The translations under genes were made by a program, and so were the position numbers. A DNA stretch of 54,610 bases from Intoshia linei (taxonomy: Eukaryota; Animalia; Orthonectida). How positions within the stretch are numbered: position 1 is the first letter of the stretch; the number at the start of each line of letters is the position of its first letter. The stretch is from contig LWCA01000103.1 of NCBI GenBank assembly GCA_001642005.1, positions 1 to 54,610 of the forward strand. Reading direction: 5' to 3'. The notes beneath the pieces were generated by a model, which ran no database searches, was not told where the DNA came from, and worked only from the letters and a program-made list of their open reading frames with translations. Shown one piece after another: positions 51,835 to 54,610 of this stretch.

Positions 51835-52303
51835 ATGATCAAAACGTATACTAACGTTATAAAATATTGTAAAAAGTATTTATCTCTCCAAAATCTGAAT
51901 AATGTTGAAATTCAGCTAAAAAATAAAACGTCAAATAAAAATGTAAAATTTACAGATAAAGTCATTAAACATCAAGATTTATCGAAAAAAACAAATATTA
52001 GTGACAATATTATCAACTTGGCCAATTTAACACCTCGTCATTTAATATCTAAACATCCAATATCAATTTTAGGTAAAATAAATTTTGGCCTTTTGATAAA
52101 TTTATTTTAGCTGTTAAAATAAAGGAATATTTTAATGTTCACTATACAAAAGGTGATGGGAGGCCGATATTTGTTTATGTTGATAATATCAATCCAATTG
52201 TTTCAACTAAGGAAGCTTTCGATGATTTAGATTTTGCTAAAAATCACCCTAGTCGTTCATTTAATGATAGCTACTTTATGAATTCAGATTATTTATTAAG
52301 AGG
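51835..52303 (+). CDS. FARS2: Mitochondrial phenylalanyl-tRNA synthetase, first two exons (remainder not found in the window)
   Basis: HPISIL|AVKIKEYFNVHYTKGDGRPIFVYVDNINPIVSTKEAFDDLDFAKNHPSRSFNDSYFMNSDYLLR matches the FARS2 N-terminal motif (HP...F...DN..P.V....FD.L....HPSR...D.Y......LR). Confidence 0.85.
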
Positions 52304-54610
52304 GTATTTATTTTGTACTGTATTTTTTATGAATTTATATTTTCATGAAATTTTTACATCATACATATATTTTTCATAAATTATAATTATAAATTAAATA
52401 AAAAAATTAAAAATCATTTTTTGAAAATGATAGACAGATCATAGATAATTTTTTTCTTCCAATTTTTAAAATATTTTTGGTATTCAATACATACTATTAT
52501 GACACATGCACACAGTTATGTATCGAAATATAGCCGTATGTAATTTAACAACTAAATTATAACTATTTATTGATATTGCGAAAGTTTTTTCAAATAAGAT
52601 CTATTTTATGTCACAAATTGGAAAATCCTTACTTATTACATAAAGTTAGTTAGATAATTTAGTTAAAAATGTCTGTCTGTTCCAGTTTATTTATGAAAGT
52701 TTTTCCAGAGCTTCATCGTAATTTTCAATTTCAGAAATTGAGTCCTTCAAGGTCCAGAACCCAATTGTCATTTTTTTTTAAATTCAAACCCGTCCTAGAA
52801 TTATAAAAAATATACAATCTCATCAAGATTTTAAAACCATCAACATTATTGTTATTTTCAATTTCAAAATCTTATATCTTTACGGCCACAACCATAAATT
52901 AACCTTTTATATAAAAATGAAAAATTTATTTTTAGATTTTATTAACGATTTAATTTCTCGAATTCTGGCAATTTACATTATTTAAATTGTATTCAATGCA
53001 ATTATTATAGTTACCATTTATGATTTTTTACAATTAAGTTTAAATATTAAAAAAGGTGGAACCGCAGTTACAGAACAGTAGCAACGCAGTTGTACTTTCC
53101 GGAAACAGTTGACATTAACGTTATACGATTGATAACAACTTCACCACCTGGCATGGCACTTTTAACGCAGACAATGCAGTTTATTAATACGAAGTCACGA
53201 TATAAATCTTATCATTCAAATGGAAAGGTAAACAAGCAATAGATGATCAAGGGTGCAATTTGCAATTGATCAAATGTGTTTAGTTTTCATTCTCTACTTT
53301 GTACCCTACTATGTAGCTTTGTACGCTGATTAAAAATCGTATCAATATATCTGGACTACGATACAAATACAATAAATTCTACTCTACGAGCTTTTATATT
53401 AAATTTAATATTAATTTAATATCGTATTGCATCTACCACTAAGAATCATCATTCCTACTATGCCAGATAATTATTCCTTATATAGAGAATATTTTGAATT
53501 TAATTTTAAAATAAATTATCATAATTTATTCATGTATATCGGCCGAAATAGGATATTTTATAACCATAGAATATAAACAAATTTTTATATGCATAAGCTA
53601 CATAATGCATGTAGTTACTCTATTTGGATTGTAAACAAAATATCTATGCAACAAAAATACATGACGGAAATGTAATTTTTTCATATCATAAGTGAATGTG
53701 GCGATAGATATATAACAAACTAATATTTTCATGTTGAATAAAAGAACCGACAAGTCATTAAAACTAGCATCATATAATATAATAGACTTTGTTAGTGCAG
53801 AAGAAGGGTAGCTAAGATGAAAGTAAAGGTGAAGATAGAAAATTATTTCTTAATCAAAATAAAAAGTACAAATAACCGTTCTCATTCATTCGTTTATACT
53901 ATGAAAATATAAAGACGTGTCGTTACAACAGAAAATCATCTAAAGCCAATATTATTACAAAAAATAATAATTATATTACCAGATCGGCATTTATTCGACG
54001 AAACATTTCCAATCTTGCTTCTCGGTTTAAATTTAAAAAAAACAGAATTCTGCTTTAAAAAAATACTTAACCAATTGTTTGGGTAGTTTATGGTTGAATA
54101 AATTAACTAACAGTTATAAAAAAACATCTACATTAATAAAATATAAATATCTTCAAGATGCAATTATAAATACAGATATATCAAATACCTATATTGCTAT
54201 CATCACCGTTCTGAAATCTGATTAAAAGTAACAATTTTATTGTATCATTTTTATAATATTGATAAATATGTCTTTTTCTGAAGCGATATCTTATGATTTA
54301 AATGTGTTCTCACCTTAAAATAACATTACCACATATTAACAATTCATAAATTAATAAAATACAATAATTGCCCAATGGAAAATGTTTATAAATACATGTA
54401 ATATGTATATATAAAATACTATTATAATAAATATATGGCAAGTAATGATAGAATGTATCAAAATATCAATGCATACACAATTGGAAAAATGGTGGTGGTG
54501 TGACAGAGTTGCCAGATTAAAAAGTTCATATTGCGCAGAATAGGGCGTTGGAAAACTTATTAAAATATTAAAAACTTCAAATTGATTTACTAGAAATAAT
54601 CATTTACATT

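Noticed and set aside
52304-54610. Remaining FARS2 exons (expected HTSAH motif)
   Set aside because: Not found by eye; the region looks like repeat-rich intron, and the gene probably continues beyond the window.

Overview
Very AT-rich, gene-dense eukaryotic (invertebrate animal) genomic DNA with many short GT-AG introns (about 40-70 nt) and many non-autonomous transposon remnants. The composition and gene compaction resemble a reduced parasite genome such as an orthonectid; this is inference only. The main feature is a minus-strand gene (about 20370 to 6387, ~21 exons, ~2100 aa by manual splicing) encoding a giant DEG/ENaC (ASIC/FaNaC-family) channel. Its extracellular finger region carries PAN/Apple, MAM, Kringle, LDLa, MAM, a Ser/Thr-rich stalk, MAM, MAM and LDLa, mostly bounded by phase-1 introns. 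Its knuckle region carries a ~490-aa helical insert, and the conserved pre-M1 HG motif reads CG. The window also holds a reduced Cux-like gene (N-terminal coiled coil, one clear CUT domain, no visible homeodomain), an intronless orphan 7TM protein, a degenerate penta-EF-hand gene, RPL30, an intronless SET/NAP histone chaperone, a secreted EGF/Cys-helical protein with a frameshifted inverted paralogue, the 5' part of mitochondrial Phe-tRNA synthetase (FARS2), and several unknown genes. Repeats include a non-autonomous Helitron-like family, hAT MITEs with 8-bp TSDs, and Tc1 and hAT transposase relics. All exon models are manual and unverified.
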